A DNA stretch of 64,000 nucleotides. It comes from Tubulanus polymorphus (Eukaryota; Animalia; Nemertea). The notes under the pieces were generated by a model. It saw only the letters and a program-made list of their open reading frames with translations, ran no database searches and was not told the DNA's origin. The translations under genes and the position numbers were made by a program. The DNA lies in the NCBI RefSeq assembly GCF_964204645.1, contig NC_134027.1, positions 25,320,560 to 25,384,559 on the forward strand, written 5' to 3'. This document shows, piece after piece, positions 54,882-64,000 of the stretch. Numbering within the stretch: the first letter of the stretch is position 1; every line of letters begins with the position of its first letter.

Positions 54882-56712
54882 ACGATTTATGTGAATATTG
54901 TAACTATCCTCGACGACTTATTAGTGGAAATAGAGAGATAAGAATCAGTTTTAACTACGAGCAAATTTTATTTCTGTCTTCATTTTTGTCAAAGCTACTT
55001 TATACATGTATGAAATATGAGCAGCAGGACCCAGTTCCTCAGTTGTAAGTTCGAACTCATTGATTATCAACTGATACTCATTCAAGAATTAACTCACAAC
55101 TGATAATTCACAACTGCGGAACTGGATTCAAGCTGCATTTACGTTAAACAACCCTTCACAAAGAGGCGAGCTGCTGTAAATGTTGACGACTGCCCTAAAA
55201 TGAAGATAAGTGATGGATGTAATTGTGTCAAATCTATACAAACTATGTTGTAAAATCTGTTAGTTATGAACGCGCTACTCAAAGGAGTTTGATTTATTTA
55301 ATTCACCGGTGTTAAATCAGCTAAGCTGGATTTCAAAGAAAATATATTTATATTGTTACATCATAGTTTGATTGATATTACTACCAGGATCGGTTGTTAA
55401 CTGAGAATTAAGAATATAAGACCAGGCTACATTCAATTGTGTACAAACGACTAAATAAAAATCAACCTCACCCTAAAAGTCCGGAGTGTAGACCAGGGTT
55501 CAGTTGCCAGTCACTGCTTAGATGGGTAGTCAGTCTGGGAACATCTTACTCAATCCAATTACCTGAATAACTTAAGACCAGTCTAATGTTTGGGGCCTCA
55601 AGTAAGTAATGACTGGAACTGGGCCCTGACTTCCAATGCAGGTCCGATTATTTGTAAATCGCTTACAAAATTAACGAGCGTTATTATGAAAAAATGTATC
55701 CATGTTGTTGAGTAAAATCATGTTAGTTTTAGAAATACTATTTTTGTCTTCCGGGAGGTATGAATAAAATGTCTGAATAATAATGTGCTAATCTTTCGTC
55801 AAATAAAAACATGACTGTTCACGTGATAACATTGACTCTGACTTCAATCTTTTTCTGTCTTCTTTTTGTTGTGTGGCAGGGTTTAGCACCGTGGCAATCT
55901 CGATGCTTCGGGTTCGAATCCTTGCCGGGGAGGAAGGGTGAGATGAGGATGCGGTTCTTTCAAGCTAAAAATTGAGTCTAATTGAACACTCCGACGCCAT
56001 CAGCGCAGTCGGTCGAAAGAATTCCACATGTTACAACTACGGATAACCCGGTCGATTCGCTCGGCCTATACACGTTTTGTAGCTCAACAGATTTATTTCC
56101 CTCACTTTCAGCTTCTTAAGATACACAATAACCTGACAAGCTTTTCTTTACATGTGTCAGGGAATTTTGTTTCAAAAAAGCTAAAACTGAGGGTGACATA
56201 TATGTTCTCATATACCGTGGAAAATTTAGCATCAGAACCGCGTATATGTGTGTGTGATCAAATTTAAAGTTTCGTAACAGGATTGATATAGGCCCGTTAA
56301 TCTAGTGTCATCAGGTAAATGATCATCAGATAGGTTCTGGTCTATAACACCAAATATAGTTGATCAATCTCGCATTTATTCGTTTCACGACGTATTTTCT
56401 TGGCATTGATCAGACTTTTGTCGAGAGATTTTCTGTCCCTTTTTGTTGGTATAGAGGGCCGCCAAAGATCTATTCATCTATTTTCAAATATAATAAACAC
56501 GTATTTTGATCCTTTTTGATTTTTACTAAGTGGGTATTCTACTACAATCTATTTTCTAAGTTAGCGCAAAACCCTTGTAATGGGCTATCAAAAGAGTGTG
56601 AGCTGTTCGGCTGAACGTAGATAATGGGATTCGAACCTGGCTCGAGTTAGTGTCGCTTTCTACCGCTATAAGCTGGTGGTAGCACTGTACGGCAGATCAG
56701 CTGCAACAAAAA

Positions 56713-56720
56713 TCACGTGA
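56713..56720. promoter_or_regulatory. TCACGTGA E-box (CLEAR/MiT-TFE-like) about 20 nt upstream of the sortilin ATG
   Basis: AATCACGTGATACGTCATC directly before AAAATGGCG; second TCACGTGA at 55819-55826. Confidence 0.45.
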
Positions 56721-56739
56721 TACGTCATCACTGTCCAAA

Positions 56740-63965
<7,226 letters not shown>

Positions 63966-64000
63966 GTACGAATTTCATTAAATCTTTTCATCTAAAGCGA

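Noticed and set aside
55868-55930. tRNA genes suggested by GGTTCGAATCC motifs (also about 7785, 12320, 25030, 56625)
   Set aside because: No complete cloverleaf could be folded; they fit tRNA-derived SINE heads.

Overview
This is animal (invertebrate-type) nuclear DNA, not prokaryotic: AT-rich GT-AG introns, SINEs, MITEs and many minisatellites. The species cannot be determined from the window. Five spliced genes were reconstructed by hand with consistent reading phases: G-protein alpha-s (+, 8650-26629, 11 coding exons, plus a second paralogous first exon at about 6130-6345), nucleoporin SEH1 (-, 36551-39310), a NEURL2/Ozz-like Neuralized-SOCS box gene (+, 42465-44331), transketolase (+, 46352-54881) and the 5' part of sortilin (+, 56740 to the window end). 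The stand-out is an uninterrupted 894-aa ORF (463-3147) with the motif set of an OLD-family ABC-ATPase/TOPRIM nuclease, the fold of prokaryotic anti-phage effectors such as P2 Old and Gabija GajA. It carries an extra insert of about 340 aa and has a spliceosomal acceptor directly before its ATG, which suggests a bacterial-type defence nuclease domesticated in an animal (inference; no homology search was possible). Other notable signals: an XL-alpha-s-like alternative first exon with no AUG, minimal hammerhead ribozyme motifs in Penelope-like fold-back inserts, a 7-fold tandem duplication of a transketolase splice acceptor, a CTCF-like motif cluster, an RFX X-box, and a perfect 164-bp palindrome.
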